Shown here in pieces: positions 11,867 through 25,464 of a stretch of DNA of 64,000 nucleotides. The notes under the pieces are model-generated. The model was given only the letters and a program-made list of their open reading frames with translations, did not search any database and was not told where the DNA came from. Numbering within the stretch: the stretch's first letter is position 1; each line of letters opens with the position of its first letter. Origin of the DNA: Massalongia carnosa (Eukaryota); NCBI GenBank assembly GCA_965645245.1, contig OZ287083.1, positions 1,054,001 to 1,118,000 on the forward strand. Reading direction: 5' to 3'. A program made the position numbers and the translations under genes.

Positions 11867-14182
11867 ATGACTCGAAGCTTCAAGTTCTCCTTTCCATTAC
11901 CCAGTCGAAAGAACAGCGACGAGTCGCAACGTACGTACATTCATGATATCTGCGACTTGCCCTTGGTCAAGCCCGGAACAAAGGCAGAAAAAGTACTGGG
12001 AACTTCGGAGCCAAATGTTGGCGAATCAAAGAAGAAGCCGTCGAGGAAGGAGAAAAAGCTACAAAAGAATCCGAGCTTCATGAGCGTTACCATTTCTGAC
12101 GTAGACGGCGGTCTTCGGAGAGACGGGGATGTAATATCAAGCTGTCCGCCAGAAACACTCCACAACCAACCCTCGTCACCATTGCTTGGCCACCAGTACA
12201 TAAACGATTTCTCGGAGTGGGACAACAGAACCGATTATTCTGCCCTGCGACCTCATCGTTCCCAGTCATCTTCGACGCTGCGCTCATATTACGACTCGTC
12301 CAAATCACCGCTGTATATTTCTCAACAAACATCCGCGTCTTCTGCACGGGATATGGCATTGCGAAAAGGTTACCCACGGATCATTACTCCATCAAATGAG
12401 GAACCATCGGATCTTACCCTCAGTCTAGGTACAGAGGACGAGTATGATAATGCAGGCTTTTCAAAGAGCAAAACATCACAATTAGACCTATCAACATTGT
12501 TTCCCAAGCCATACAACTCAGACCGTACGATGTTCGCACCACATAAAATTGTACGATCACCGTCCCAGATTTCGATGGTCTCAAATAGCTCGCAATCTGC
12601 TCCCATCCGACCTAGGTGGTTCAGCTGGGAAAGAAAAAGGTCGAAAGAGTCTATCTCCAGTGACATGACAGGTCCGCAGTGTCTTCCAAGTGTAGCCAAG
12701 AGCACTCAAACCCCAATAAAGATAATGGTAAAAAGCCATAAACGAGCGTCTCAAACTTGGTATGAGGGCTTTGAGGATGATCAAAGTTCCTCTGAAGACC
12801 TTCAAGAAGGCCCCCTTTCAAGAAATTATTCCGTAGAGCACAAAAGCTCCAACAACGTTAACCGTGATGAGCCCTCACGGAACCATATTTTAACAGCGAG
12901 CAAGAGCGCCATCAGCGACCAAAGCCAAAATTGGATAGCATCTCCTCATAACCCGAAGGTTCAGCTAGATTCTACCTTCTCACATTGCAATCGTTCTCGG
13001 AGTAGACAGTCATCTTTTAGTCACCGGCCCGGAAGGACTTTGAGCAATGGCAGCCAGAAAAGCGTTCGCTGGGAGGTGAACGACTCATTTATTTCCTCCA
13101 GATACAATCCACAGAGCCATAGCTTCCTCATTCTTTCCTCATCAGAAGATGAACTCGACGAAAGTATCTGGAACGACCTTCGACATCGCCGCCACCGTAT
13201 ACGAGCAAGTATAGAGAAGGCTGATACCGGGGATGAGGTCCTGCTCTGCAGTGCAGAAAGAGTCAAATCTCACAAGCCCAGGCCAGTTGTGAATATGCCA
13301 AAGAGAAGGACCGCAAGCTTTAAGTCGGCGGAGAAGATACCGCCAGTTCCTAGCCTCCCTAAAAGGCCGCAAGTCAGTCCACGAGTGTCATCGATGCGGT
13401 GGCGCGAGGAAATCCAAACCATGCCAACCGGTGCAGAAATGAAGACTAGTCCGGATCACAGTCGACAAAGCTCCACCGCAAGTCGTTCAGCTTCTCAGCT
13501 CCGTTCTACAGGTTCGCAAAAACAAGGGCGAGTTCGTGTAAGTAAAATGATGGCTGTTACGGCAGACGAGGAAAAACTCTTGGAAGCAATGCGAAAGAAG
13601 AGGGCAAGTCTTCGAAGAAGTCTTTTCGTTGCAAATGGGGATAACTTAAGTCCATCGGAAAGCAATTTGACCGCCTCTGCCCGACCGAAAACCGCTGGTG
13701 AGGATGGTCAAGAGAAATCATCCTACTTCGAACCTCGCGGAGTAATGTCTCCTCCACCGCTAGGACATGGGCATGCTAAATTTCCGAACGGGCCATCCTA
13801 TGCAGCTTCAGCCGATGATCTATCAAGAGAAGAGACTTTTCCGTTCGAGTCTCCCATATTTCCCCAAAAGGGTGGGGTTGTGCGCTTCACCCCGAAGCCT
13901 GCCCTTCCAAGCTTGAGCTTCACTCCTTCCGACCTCCTACCATCCTCACCTATCAGCCGCACCTCTCCCCTGACGCCCCCTCCTGATCATGGATCCTTGG
14001 ATCTTTACGAGACTGGAATAGCGGTCGCTCATTCGGCGCCTGTGTTGTACCTGCACAAGAGCAAACACGATAGGAAGAGAACCATCAGCAGCGGAATCAT
14101 TGTTCTTGACGGCGCCGAACAAAACGCTCGAGAATTGGATGAGGAAAACGAGATCACGGGCTGGGCGATGGACAGATGGTGA
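11867..14182 (+). CDS. Hypothetical Ser-rich fungal protein (771 aa, single exon)
   Basis: Long uninterrupted ORF with conserved-looking blocks (STLRSYYD..KSPL.ISQQTSASSARDMALRKG; MMAVT.DEEKLLEAMRKKR); no domain recognised. Confidence 0.8.
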   Translation: MTRSFKFSFPLPSRKNSDESQRTYIHDICDLPLVKPGTKAEKVLGTSEPNVGESKKKPSRKEKKLQKNPSFMSVTISDVDGGLRRDGDVISSCPPETLHNQPSSPLLGHQYINDFSEWDNRTDYSALRPHRSQSSSTLRSYYDSSKSPLYISQQTSASSARDMALRKGYPRIITPSNEEPSDLTLSLGTEDEYDNAGFSKSKTSQLDLSTLFPKPYNSDRTMFAPHKIVRSPSQISMVSNSSQSAPIRPRWFSWERKRSKESISSDMTGPQCLPSVAKSTQTPIKIMVKSHKRASQTWYEGFEDDQSSSEDLQEGPLSRNYSVEHKSSNNVNRDEPSRNHILTASKSAISDQSQNWIASPHNPKVQLDSTFSHCNRSRSRQSSFSHRPGRTLSNGSQKSVRWEVNDSFISSRYNPQSHSFLILSSSEDELDESIWNDLRHRRHRIRASIEKADTGDEVLLCSAERVKSHKPRPVVNMPKRRTASFKSAEKIPPVPSLPKRPQVSPRVSSMRWREEIQTMPTGAEMKTSPDHSRQSSTASRSASQLRSTGSQKQGRVRVSKMMAVTADEEKLLEAMRKKRASLRRSLFVANGDNLSPSESNLTASARPKTAGEDGQEKSSYFEPRGVMSPPPLGHGHAKFPNGPSYAASADDLSREETFPFESPIFPQKGGVVRFTPKPALPSLSFTPSDLLPSSPISRTSPLTPPPDHGSLDLYETGIAVAHSAPVLYLHKSKHDRKRTISSGIIVLDGAEQNARELDEENEITGWAMDRW

Positions 14183-14911
14183 CCGCCATGACTTTCCTTC
14201 TTATGTACGTACGATGGGCATCCTCTTTGTAAAACTATTACGGCTTCATGCGGGCGAGGATAGCCTTTGATGGACTTTTATGAGAGGCTATGACATGAAT
14301 GGGATATGACATAAAGGGAGAGGTTCGGCGGCACGCATGTAACCATAAAAGCTTTACAGAGTAGACATTATTGTTCCTTATAGTCCCGAGGTCCAAATCC
14401 CGAAATCTAGATATGGTCACCACACACAAGAGCACCTAGGGGACAGGCTATCTATACCTCTTCTATACAGAGGTACAGAGCAGCTTAAGCTAGGTTCAAG
14501 ATGAACCAACATGGTCGCGTGCTCAAGGGATGTAGGCTGACACGTGGGTGTGTGCATAGTACGGGAGTGAGGAATGTCGGTATTCGGCAGAAATAAAATC
14601 CGCTCAAGGGGTCCAATTTCGACTTTGTCAACTAGCGCTGAATGAACCTTGCGCCGATTCCATCACTCTTAAAAAGGGAAAGTGAGTTTGATGGACTTCC
14701 AAGTCTCTCCAGCTGGCAACCCTTGGCACTAACTCTCCTCTTCCCCATGTTCACACACTCATTCTAGATGATCATTCATTCACTCTTTTAGAAAATGTTA
14801 CTTGATTTTGGCTCTGGCACTGCACAGTATCTTTGGAAGACGTAAGTTAACTAGATAACTGCTTACTACGCACTTTTCCGAAGAAGAGCAAAGACAGAGG
14901 TGTCTTCTGGC

Positions 14912-16466
14912 ATGGGTCTTGGTGAAGCCCGACGGGGCGCTTCTATGCCCACCATGTTGGGTTTCCCAATGAAGCATATTTCCTTGGCCACGGTGCGCAC
15001 TCGGGATCCTTCGGAAATTTGAATGGGAGCAATGCTGATCGCATAAAAGCTCACGCTGCAGAATTCCGTGTTCATCTTGGTACGCTCTCCATCCTTTCGG
15101 GCAGGCGGGCAGGCTCAACTGCGCCTATCGCGTTTGAACGAACTTAGAACCCTTACGGCGATGTTAGATTTTGCATTATTCGCGCACCATGCCGCTGGTT
15201 GGCGGGCGTCGATACTTGGCGTCGACTGCGGTGTTCGTGAATGAAGTCCTGAAGCTCACCTTGTGCTACACCGTGGCTCTGTACGAGATCTCGAGGGCAT
15301 CCCCTACCTTGCCTGCAACCTCCCTGTTCACTAACCTTACAAGCGCTGTATTTACTGGAGATAGCTGGAAGCTGGCGATTCCGGCGAGTCTCTTTGTTTT
15401 GCAGAGCTCTTTGCAGTATGTGGCGGTTTCCAACCTAGACTCCGCGACTTTTCAAATCACCAGTCAGTTCAAAATCCTGCCAACCGCCGTCCTCAGCATC
15501 CTTCTTTTGAAGCGGAGTCTATCGGCACGTAAATGGGCAGCACTTGGACTTTTGATGGTCGGTGTCGCCATCGTGCAGATACCTAGCAATGAGCCTGGGA
15601 GTCTTGCAACAGCAAAGGGAACACAATCTCGATTTTTCTTCCCTCGTTCGTTGGAAGAGTGGCAGAGATTTGGCGGGTCAAGACCTGCACCGCTGTACAA
15701 GCGGTCTGCTACGTATGAGGGGATACAAGATGATGAAATGATGGCCCATCCACAGATGAATGCGCCTTTGGGCTTAGCTGCTGCCATTTTAGGCTGTACG
15801 GTGTCTGCTGCAGCGTCTGTATATTTTGAGAAGATTCTCAAAGACTCGACCACTCCGACATCGCTATGGGTTCGGAACGTTCAACTTGCATTCTACTCCT
15901 TGTTTCCAGCTCTTTTCATCGGGGTTATTTTCGTAGATGGAGAGCAGATTGCTCAGCATGGATTCTTTGTTGGCTACAACTGGGTTGTCTGGACCACCAT
16001 AGTTTTCCAAACCACTTTGGGAATAGTTGTTTCACTGTGTGTCACTTATGCCGACAATATTGCAAAGAACTTTGCTATTAGTATCAGCATTCTGATCAGT
16101 CTCTGTGCAAGTGTATGGTTTTTTGACTTTGCGGTAACCTCGAGCGTAAGGCTTGAAGCGACGTTATTGATTTCTTCAGCTAACGAAGAATCCTAGTTTC
16201 TTGCGGGCACTTCCCTCGTTATACTCTCGACCTATCTATACAATAGCCAAAACCAGACCCGGCGGCCATCTCCTATCAAGATATATGATTATGAAAAAAC
16301 CACCATTGACACCCAATCGGCCCGCGAACGGGCGTTGCCCTTAAAGTTACCAACGACGCCCTTGAAGAGCGAAGGCCTCTCAACTTCACGGCCTGGGTCC
16401 CCAGGAATGCATCATATGAGAGCTGGATCTTCTCGTGGGTATTTTGGCTCTAAGCATGATGGCTAG
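14912..16466 (+). CDS. UDP-galactose / nucleotide-sugar transporter (SLC35A, Gms1-like)
   Basis: MKHISLAT|LTLQNSVFIL|ILHYSR, YLASTAVFVNEVLKL, LQYVAVSNLD.ATFQ, VYFEKILK, SLWVRNVQL, YADNIAKNFA; multiple hydrophobic segments; three GT..AG introns; stop TAG at 16464-16466. Confidence 0.92.
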
Positions 16467-17243
16467 GACTTCAGTGTACCGTACTTAACTAGTTGTCCTC
16501 GTGAAGTGTTTCTCTGAGGAAGTTATGAGCCTGAGGCTAGTGCATAATTGATCATCTGTACATTATTCATTTCTCTTGTCGACATGATTTCTTTTGGTTT
16601 TTCTCAAAAACGATACGAGTACCCAAGTCATGGGTTGGAGGAGCTTGTGTTTGTTTCTTACGTTGTATGGCTTGCCATGCCGTTCATAAACCCAGCGGGG
16701 GCAAATGCTTCGGATGCATTCGGATATGTGCCTACAGATAATTCAAAACGTTCAGCGATTGTTTTCCAACGGAGATGATATGAATGGCAGTAGTGCTATG
16801 AAACGGCAAGTAGACAATGTCGAGGCCTTTGCGTTGTGGAATAGAAATACCTAAACTAATTTCGAAATGGTGTTTGGTTCTTTAGGGCTTAAACAAAACT
16901 AACCGCTATAAGATAGGAGCCTTGAAGACGATTATGCTGAATGCCTTATCCTAGATCGAATAGCCTATATGAGTAACATAGAATATACGAGATTCTTGTT
17001 TCTTTTGGCGGTACACGTTTGCTTACAAGGGAGGGCGGTAAGGTACGATTCGCTACCTACCTCACCTACGTATCTAATTCATACTCTAATCTTTCTTCTA
17101 TAAATTTCATACTCTACTGTTACTTGGAGCAGACCCTCACCTCAAAACCATCTTGTTCCCGCTTCCGAAGCGTTCACTTGATAGCGATAGCCTTCAAAAA
17201 AAGAATCAAAACTACTGGGTTTCTTGCATATCTCGCTGTGATC

Positions 17244-20200
17244 ATGGATAACGTACAAGATGAGATACTAGCCCTTTTACGGGAGATGCAAGGTGATGAC
17301 CATAAGCGGGATCTCGCTGAGTTGGAGGGCTATCCTGGCGTCCCTTATCGTCAACCTACTTACAATTCGAATGGGCATGAGCAACAGCTTCGACAGCCTC
17401 AAGCCTCCACATCTCATATCTACAGCCAGCAGTCGCTATATCAAAGTCAGCCGACTCGACAGTTAGATCACTTTCTACGCGCCCAGGAACGAGATCACCC
17501 AGATGCTGAACGTTGGTATCCCATGATACATCTATGTCTTGTAAACTCACCCACTGGTAGGATCAGTGCAGCCAAGAAGACAACTTCCACTATCTACCCC
17601 CGAAGAAGGCTACTACGATCAGAATGCGCCTCAGCTTCCCTTGGAATCTCGCACTCGGAGGGGTATTTCATAATAAAGCTTCCGGCGCTGCAGTTGCTAA
17701 AATCCCGTCAGATGTACATCCCACTCGGCGTTTTCAAGATACTCAAGGTACGTCATAGCATTACACTTCAATGATTATACCACTACAGAGCTTACTCTCT
17801 TAAAGCCGCTTCCTTCCATACACCACCCGTGCGGAACGCCTCTACGCTTTCCTCACCATCGACTCATCTAGCCTCTAGCCCTACCTTTGGGGTGAGCCAA
17901 CGACGGAGTATTCACGATCCTTCTCATGATGGACCTGTCCCTAGTCATGCCCGCCAAATTCCGTCCCGTTCCTTAGCTGGCCCTTCTTTCAAACAAAACT
18001 CTAGAGCGATATCTCGAGAAATCGACCTTGACCATGCCCCTCCCATGGTACAAGGAATACAGCTTATCTCTCTGAATGAGCTACCAGATCGTTTTCGATC
18101 TGTGTTTCCTTTCCCAGTTTTCAATGCCATACAGTCTAAATGCTACAGGTCAGTCTACGAGTCAGATGATAATCTTGTTGTTTCGGCACCCACTGGCGGC
18201 GGAAAGACGGCCATATTGGAGATGGCAATGTGTCGCTTGGTCTCTACATCTGGAACTGGTCAATATAAGATTGTGTACATGGCTCCTACCAAATCCCTGT
18301 GTTCAGAGAGGCAACGAGACTGGCAAAGCAAATTCGCTACACTGGGTTTAACAAGTGCAGAGCTCACCGGTGATACAGACCAAGCACAGCTGAAACACGT
18401 TCAGAATGCGAGCGTCATTATTACGACGCCGGAGAAATGGGATAGCATGACCAGAAAATGGAAGGATCATGCCAGACTTATGCAGTTGGTCAAGCTTTTC
18501 CTAATCGACGAAGTCCATATCCTGAAAGATACACGCGGAGCCACTCTAGAGGCTGTGGTGTCTCGCATGAAGTCTGTGGGATCAAATGTACGGTTTGTTG
18601 CCTTAAGTGCTACGGTCCCAAACTCTTCGGATATTGCAACATGGTTGGGTAGAGATTCGAATAACCGGGATCTACCTGCGTGCCAAGAAAGATTTGGGGA
18701 GGAGTTCAGGCCAGTGAAGTTAAAAAAGTTTGTTTATGGGTTACCTTATAGGGGAAATGACTTTGGCTTCGAGCCTGCTTGCGATCTTAAGTAAGTCATT
18801 GTGCGTACATTAGGAAATTAATAGAGATTGATGAGATAAGATTGCCTGAGATTATTGCGAGATACTCTCAAAAGAAGCCCATGATGATATTCTGCTGCAC
18901 GAGAAAGTCTACCATCGTGACTGCCAAGATGCTTGCAGCGCTATGGGCCACCCGAAATCCTCTAGACCGTCAATGGCCTGAACCCAATCAAAGGATTTCT
19001 GTGAAGGATCTGGAACTGAGGAGTGGGCTCGGTTGCTCGCCTGCCTTGTCAGCTTACTGATTTTTTACAGATACAATCTGTTCTGGTGTTGCCTTCCATC
19101 ATGCTGGTCTTGATAGTTCGGATAGGCATGTCGTGGAAAAATCATTTTTAGAAGGACAAATTTTCGTCATTTGCTGCACCTCGACCCTTGCTGTTGGCGT
19201 CAATCTTCCTTGTCATTTAGTGATTATAAAGAACACTGTATGCTATCAGGATGGTGGTCTCAAGGAATACGCAGATCTTGAAATTATGCAAATGCTAGGC
19301 CGTGCGGGACGGTGATTCCTCTCGAAACTGTTAGATCATCCATTCACTGATGATGTACAGACCCCAGTTTGATGATAATGCAATCGCTGTAATAATCACG
19401 AAGCAAGATAAGGTCCAAAAATATGAAAAAATGGTATCAGGAACAGAGCTTTTGGAGAGCTGGTAAGTGATTGGAGTGCGCGGCAAATCGATGACTGATG
19501 GTCGTGAAGCCTTCATCTTAATCTTGTCGACCATCTTGTTGGTAACAATCAGAAGAAATGACAAGTTGCAGCGCTAACTATTACGTTAGAACGCGGAAAT
19601 CGTCCTTGGTACTATCTACGATCTTCCTTCAGCGAAGCGATGGCTGATGGGAACATTTCTATTTGTCCGCCTTCAACAGAACCCAAACCATTACCAAATT
19701 AATGAAGATCTTCTTGAGCAAAGTCTTGATGATAGGATGGAACGAATCTGTCAAAGAGATATCAATTTGCTCCTAGACACGAAATTAATCACGTTCGATA
19801 GAAAGCTTAAGAGCACCGAATTCGGTGAAGCCATGGCTCGTTACTATGTTAAGTTTAAGACTATGCAAACACTTTTGCGGCTGGAGCCTCGTTGCAAAAT
19901 GTCCGAGATCGTAAGTATTCCGGGAGGTTGAATTGGAACGAGCTAAGTAGTGCAGCTATTTGCCGTGGCTGAAGCTGAAGAATTCTCAGAGATTCGCCTG
20001 CGAGCCGGTGAAAAAACTTTATTTAAAGAGCTCAACAAAGCAAACGGGTTGAAATTCCCTATCAAAGTCGATATAGCGCAATCCGCACACAAACGATGTT
20101 TGATAATTCAGGCCGAGCTTGGCGGAGTTGAATTCCCAGCTGATGAGCACTACCTGAAGCATAAGAAGCAATATCTACAAGACAAAGCGATTATATTTTC

Positions 20201-22479
20201 CCACATTCATCGGTTGATCAAGTGTGTCATAGATTGCCAAATTTATCTCCAGGATGCAGTGGCTGCGAAGCACGCGCTGGAGCTCCTACGGAGCTTTGGT
20301 GCCAAGGTCTGGGATAATTCACCTTACCAAATGAAACAAGTCCCACAAATAGGACTGGTCACTATACGAAAACTTGCTCTTGGCGGAATTAACAGCATCG
20401 AGCTGTTAGAGTCAGCAGAACCTCATCGCATTGAAATGCTTTTGAGCAAGAATCCACCCTTCGGTGCCAAGCTGTTGGCAAGCCTTCAGGACTTTCCAAA
20501 ACTATGGGTTTCCGTAAAGATGATGGGCAAGGTAGGCTGAGTATACCATTTCTTGAAAAGCACAACTTCTGACGGCAATAGGAAGTAACACGAGGACAAC
20601 CTGTGAAAATCAATTTCCGGGTTCAATGCGGGTTCCTCAACCATAAGATCCCGATGTTTTATAATAAAAAGCCATTGTTCGTTTGTCTTCTTGTGGAGAG
20701 ATCAGACGGGCGTCTTGTTGATTTCAGACGTATAAGGTACTTGAATGTGTGATGCTCCTTTCCAAACTAACGCTCTATAGCGCAAGACTATTGAGTAATG
20801 GCCAGGATGTTCTATTGTCCGCGGACCTAGTTCATCATTCTCAGCACATAACATGTAACGTCATGTGCGACGAGATAGGTAACGATTTACCTATCCTATT
20901 CATGATAGGCAGAAGTTGAGGTAGCCTAGCTGGTACTACACGCCATGCAGACTTGGCTCCTGGATTATCTGCTTCATTATTTTCTCTCCCTAGCCCCCTA
21001 GCGCTAGGGCACTCTCAGGATTATCTGGTCAAGCCACAGAATCATAGTGTAGGCAGATTAACTCCCAGCACACAAAATATACATAACCTTATGCCTCGAA
21101 ATTCCCGAGCTGAAGAGTTTTTCGATGATGATATAAACGATCAAGATCTGATTGATGCTGGTAAAGTTTTGACTTGGTCAACCAGCTGCCTATCAATGCT
21201 AATAATACTTTAGCGGACGACATGGATTTCTATCATATAGACAGCTTTGATACAGATATGAATCCAGACTTTTCACAGCTAAGGCCTAAGGCCCATATGC
21301 AACCTAGAGCTCCGGATGATGTAGATTCTATGCTTTGGAATCCGAAACAGCTTAAGAATGGGAAGTGGCCTTGCAAACATAATTGCAAGGATAAGACAGC
21401 GTATGAAGCTTCGACTTCGAGTTCTCGGTAGCGCTAATTCAAAATCTAGATGTAAACACTTATGTTGTCGTGAAGGGGTTGACAAGCCTCCCAAGCCTCC
21501 GAAAAACCGCACCAACTCCACTGCCGCCCAAAATAATGGAGGCTTATATAACACGAAAGCACACAAACTCAACCTCGAAGTTGATTCTAGGCTTCAGATG
21601 AATAAATCGGTCAATTTTGAAAAGAACACAACTGTACAGAAGATGGATCTTTCTAAAGATCGAGATCTAGACCACTACGCTAAGATTGGCCCTCGTGACT
21701 ATCGTAAACTCCATCGACTGCATGATAGCGTGAACAAAGGGCCGGGTGTGCCACTCATCCCTAAGAAAAAAATATCATTTCCCCAGAAGGAAAAAGAGAA
21801 ACCACAACCATTGACTCCTAGTCACACTTTTGACAATATCAAACCTAACAACGCCGCGTCCAGCAGTTGTGGTAGTGGTTGGACGGAAGAGTTTCCGTCA
21901 CCTTCTGCAATGCTGGTTTGGGAGAAGAACAGCACGCAAACTGCATCTAGCCCCATAGTCAACCAAAGCTCGGATTTATTGACATTCGAGGAGGATTTCC
22001 CAGAATTAGAAATCGAAAGGCTTGAGAAGCAAAATCCAGCTGGCTTCGTTGACTCTAAAGGAGAAGACCTAGCGTATCCAATCGACGAACAAGACAGTAT
22101 GGTGGATAGTTCCCAGGAGCTACCTGCACCGCTGAACCTGAACAAAGCATCCCCTCTCAAGAATGTTGATCGGTTATTTTCCTCCACAGAGAGCCCTAGG
22201 AAGATGTTAACGCCGCCAGAGAAGCGAAAGTTTACATATGAACCGGAAAAGGGGAATACTACCGATGAAGGTTTGCATGATGCAAAGAGACGAAGAGTCA
22301 GCACTCAAACCGGCGAGGAAGTTCTTCAAGCTTCCTCAACCGGAGAAAACCAAGCTTCCATACCCCTCCCGAGGCCAAGTCCAATTATTCAGAAATCAGG
22401 TCGCCCGCGACCTGCGTGGGTAGATGATTTTGATCCAGACTTTGTTGCGGATTACGCTGATATTGTGGAATTTATTTGA
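17244..22479 (+). CDS. MER3: Meiotic DExH DNA helicase Mer3/HFM1 (Ski2-like, Sec63 domain, C-terminal Cys/His motif)
   Basis: FNAIQSKC, APTGGGKT, TTPEKWDSMTRKW, DEVH, ALSAT, GVAFHHAGL, TSTLAVGVNLP, QMLGRAGRPQFD, LESCLHLNLVDHLNAEI, a Sec63-like region, and NGKWPCKHNCKDKT|CKHLCCREG. Many introns; start is approximate. Confidence 0.93.
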
Positions 22480-23143
22480 GCCGTTTACAGCAGGGGGTGC
22501 GCTTTCTCAGCAACGTTGGCGAAAATATTCTTAGCGATCTGCTGTAATCTTTGTTGCTTTTTCTGCCATCTTTGCTCTCTATGTCTTGCTGATAAACCTA
22601 AGTTGTAAGTATAAACGCATGGTGTTTGTTTTGTGATAAACCCTCCTAGGTTGATTTTTAGCTCAAATTTGTCGTCCGTACCAACACCATCTCCATATTG
22701 ATGAGAAAGTTAGGAAATACTGCCAAAGTGTAAAAATTATTGAATCCTGAGAGACTGATACGATCGTGAGTGGCTTCTAATGGATATTGACTGAAGGGGG
22801 TTTTACGAACTTTCTGTTCCCCTCTCTCTGTCACAACCCACGTTCTTCCAACCGATCTAATTCCACCCACAGTACTCTTCTATTCATCACTATTCGTCAG
22901 CATGATTATCCGAAATGTAAAGCGATTCCGCTGGTTCGTTCCTGCATTAGTTTTCTGCGTGCTTCCGTAGGCATCTACCTGTTGCCTTCTATTTAGGGAC
23001 GATTGAAACTGTGAATCATCCAGGGCTCATGGACGTGTCATCGACAAATGCGTGAAGGACATTGCTCTTGCAAACAACACACACCCGGCAATGATCTTGC
23101 AGCTACGTGTCTCATTCTCGCCGTACCGTGAGTATTTTCCACC

Positions 23144-25167
23144 ATGGGCAAGTTGAATTACACAAAGGTAAGCTCATTTCTTCGGTGGCAACATTTGCAT
23201 GCAATCTCTAATGGGTCTGCAATAGCGAAAGATCGAAGGTTTGAAGTTAGCGCAGGTGGTTGCCAAAGATTTGGTTAGCACACGCTCTCTGCCATACGGC
23301 ATTTCTTAAGGTTCCTGGTAGATTGTAACCTCCTTGCAGCTCAAGCGCATCCCTCCCAACATAGGGTCCAAAGCTGCATTTCGGGATCCTGTTGTTGAAC
23401 TTGATGTTTCGGGAAGAGCCCTGACCAGCGAAGGTCTATGTGAGGTAGCCTCTGCGTTAATAACATCGATCGATTATGAAGCCGACGAGAACGGGAGAAT
23501 TGTACGACTTGAAGAGCTATGCCTTAGGGAAAGTCAGTTGAACACCCAATCACTCCTTTACCTTGCTCAGATCATTTCGATGGTGGCCGAGGATCTTAGA
23601 GACTTGGACCTTTCAGAGAACTTTATCACCATCACCACGGATGAGCATGTAGCCGCATGGGAGGTGTTTCTGAGTTCATTCTCAAAATGCTGCGTGCTGA
23701 GGAGAATCGACTTGAGCGGAAACGCGCTGGGCCCGAGAGCCTTCGAGGTGTTGGCTAGAGTATACGCAAAAGAGAGTCCGGTCGATCTCGCTCTTACCAC
23801 CGGGATGGACGAATCTCTTCAGACCCATTCAAAGGATTTGAGAAGTGCAAATCACTGTACAGAAGAGCTTGAGAAACGGGCTAGAAAAACTAGTATTGCA
23901 TTGACAAAAGAAAGAGACTCTAGCCATATGGAAGCTGGGCCTCCTACCAGTGTTCATCGAGAAGACGGTGGTCAACTTGGTTTGTCAGACTCGACGTGTT
24001 CATAGCAGGTGGCTGGCTTATCGGGTGTTAGAATATAGGACTCCTGAGAAGTCAAGCTCGGTTGCCAATCATGTAGAAACTCTACCATTTTGCTCTACAA
24101 CAAGGGGTTTACGTTCCGTCCCATACCTCAATTTTTCCGACACAGCAATGACAGAACTTTGCGCTCTCCATCTATCATACCTCGTCATCTGTCACAATTT
24201 GCCGGAAAGGCTCATGGCTTGTGTCCCTCCACCAAAAGCAGGCTTACCGGCTCAGCAACTGGCAGCCTATGACAGTGAAACAAGATGTCGAGGAGTCGTA
24301 TATCTGCCAAATCCCCAGCTGGGAACAGCCGGGTTGAAGGTGCTTGACTTATCCGAAGCGGTGCGGGAAGGACTTCTCGGTGAAGACGATCAAGAAACAA
24401 ACTCCGAAGCAGCAGCCCCGTCTTCCAAGTTGGCCAGCAGCACCAGAAGGGTTTCTGATACTCGGAGCAGTGCAGCAACTGGGCGACGACGTAGCACTGC
24501 CTCTGCAGGAAGCACCGATCATGGACGGTATGGGCATAAAAATGGTATAGCGTGTGAACTGGACAGGGCGAGAAGCAGGATACAAGGAAATGTTTTACAG
24601 GAATCTGGACCGCAGATCTGCGATCTTTGGTGGGTTGCGTTGAAGATGCTCACCCTCGGTCGAAACATACACCCAGCAGTGAACACGGCGCAACCTGGTG
24701 CCGAAATGAGGTTCCCACAAGATTTCAGCCCCTCCTCCCGGTCATCGAAACCGGGAACGTCGACAGCCCTCACGCCTAAGAACCCCAACCAGAATATCAG
24801 CGCAGCTTTGGGACAGTGGCGGCTGGACAAGTCCCAACTTGTCCCGGTCACAATGAGCAAACTTCCTCCAGCAACCAAGCTCAGCCCTCCGGAAAGTCCT
24901 CTGGCAACCACAACCCCCACGCCGTCAGCGTGCTATCACTCGCGGCTCCCCTGCGGCTTTTCCGAGGAAGTCTGGCGACAGATCATCGCTGCCGCCTCCG
25001 GTGCGGAAGGCATCATGAGCGAGGCGCAGCAGCGATCCGTGCTGCGCTGGGCCATGGACAAGGGCACGTTGGGCCGGGAGAGCGGGTCGTTGGGGTTGAA
25101 GGAGAGCGCGCAGATCTGGAAAGTGCTGGAGGGAACCGGGTGCTTGGCGTACGAGATGAACCGGTGA
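23144..25167 (+). CDS. Leucine-rich repeat (RNI-like) protein
   Basis: LRR motifs VVELDVSGRAL, LEELCLRESQL, LRDLDLSENFI, LRRIDLSGNALG; short 5' exons MGKLNYTK|RKIEGL. Confidence 0.8.
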
Positions 25168-25464
25168 TAGGCATTGGGGATTGTTACTGGGGAGGGGGTT
25201 AAGTTTTGCTGAAGAGATTCAAGAGAGTTTTTATTTCAGTGCCATTCTCCATGGAGAAAGAGGCTCAAGGCATTTTGCCCTTGTGTAGTAACTGGGAAAA
25301 CCCATCCAGTATTTTGCGTTCAGAGAAACTCTTTCATCCGATGATGCGAACGCTCTACTTCTCCTGAGTGGAAACTGACGCTAGATTTGAATATCAACAA
25401 TCCTAACTGGTTAGATATTTGTTATTGCCCTCCCACGTTTGAAACCCTCCTCACTTTTCTCTCC

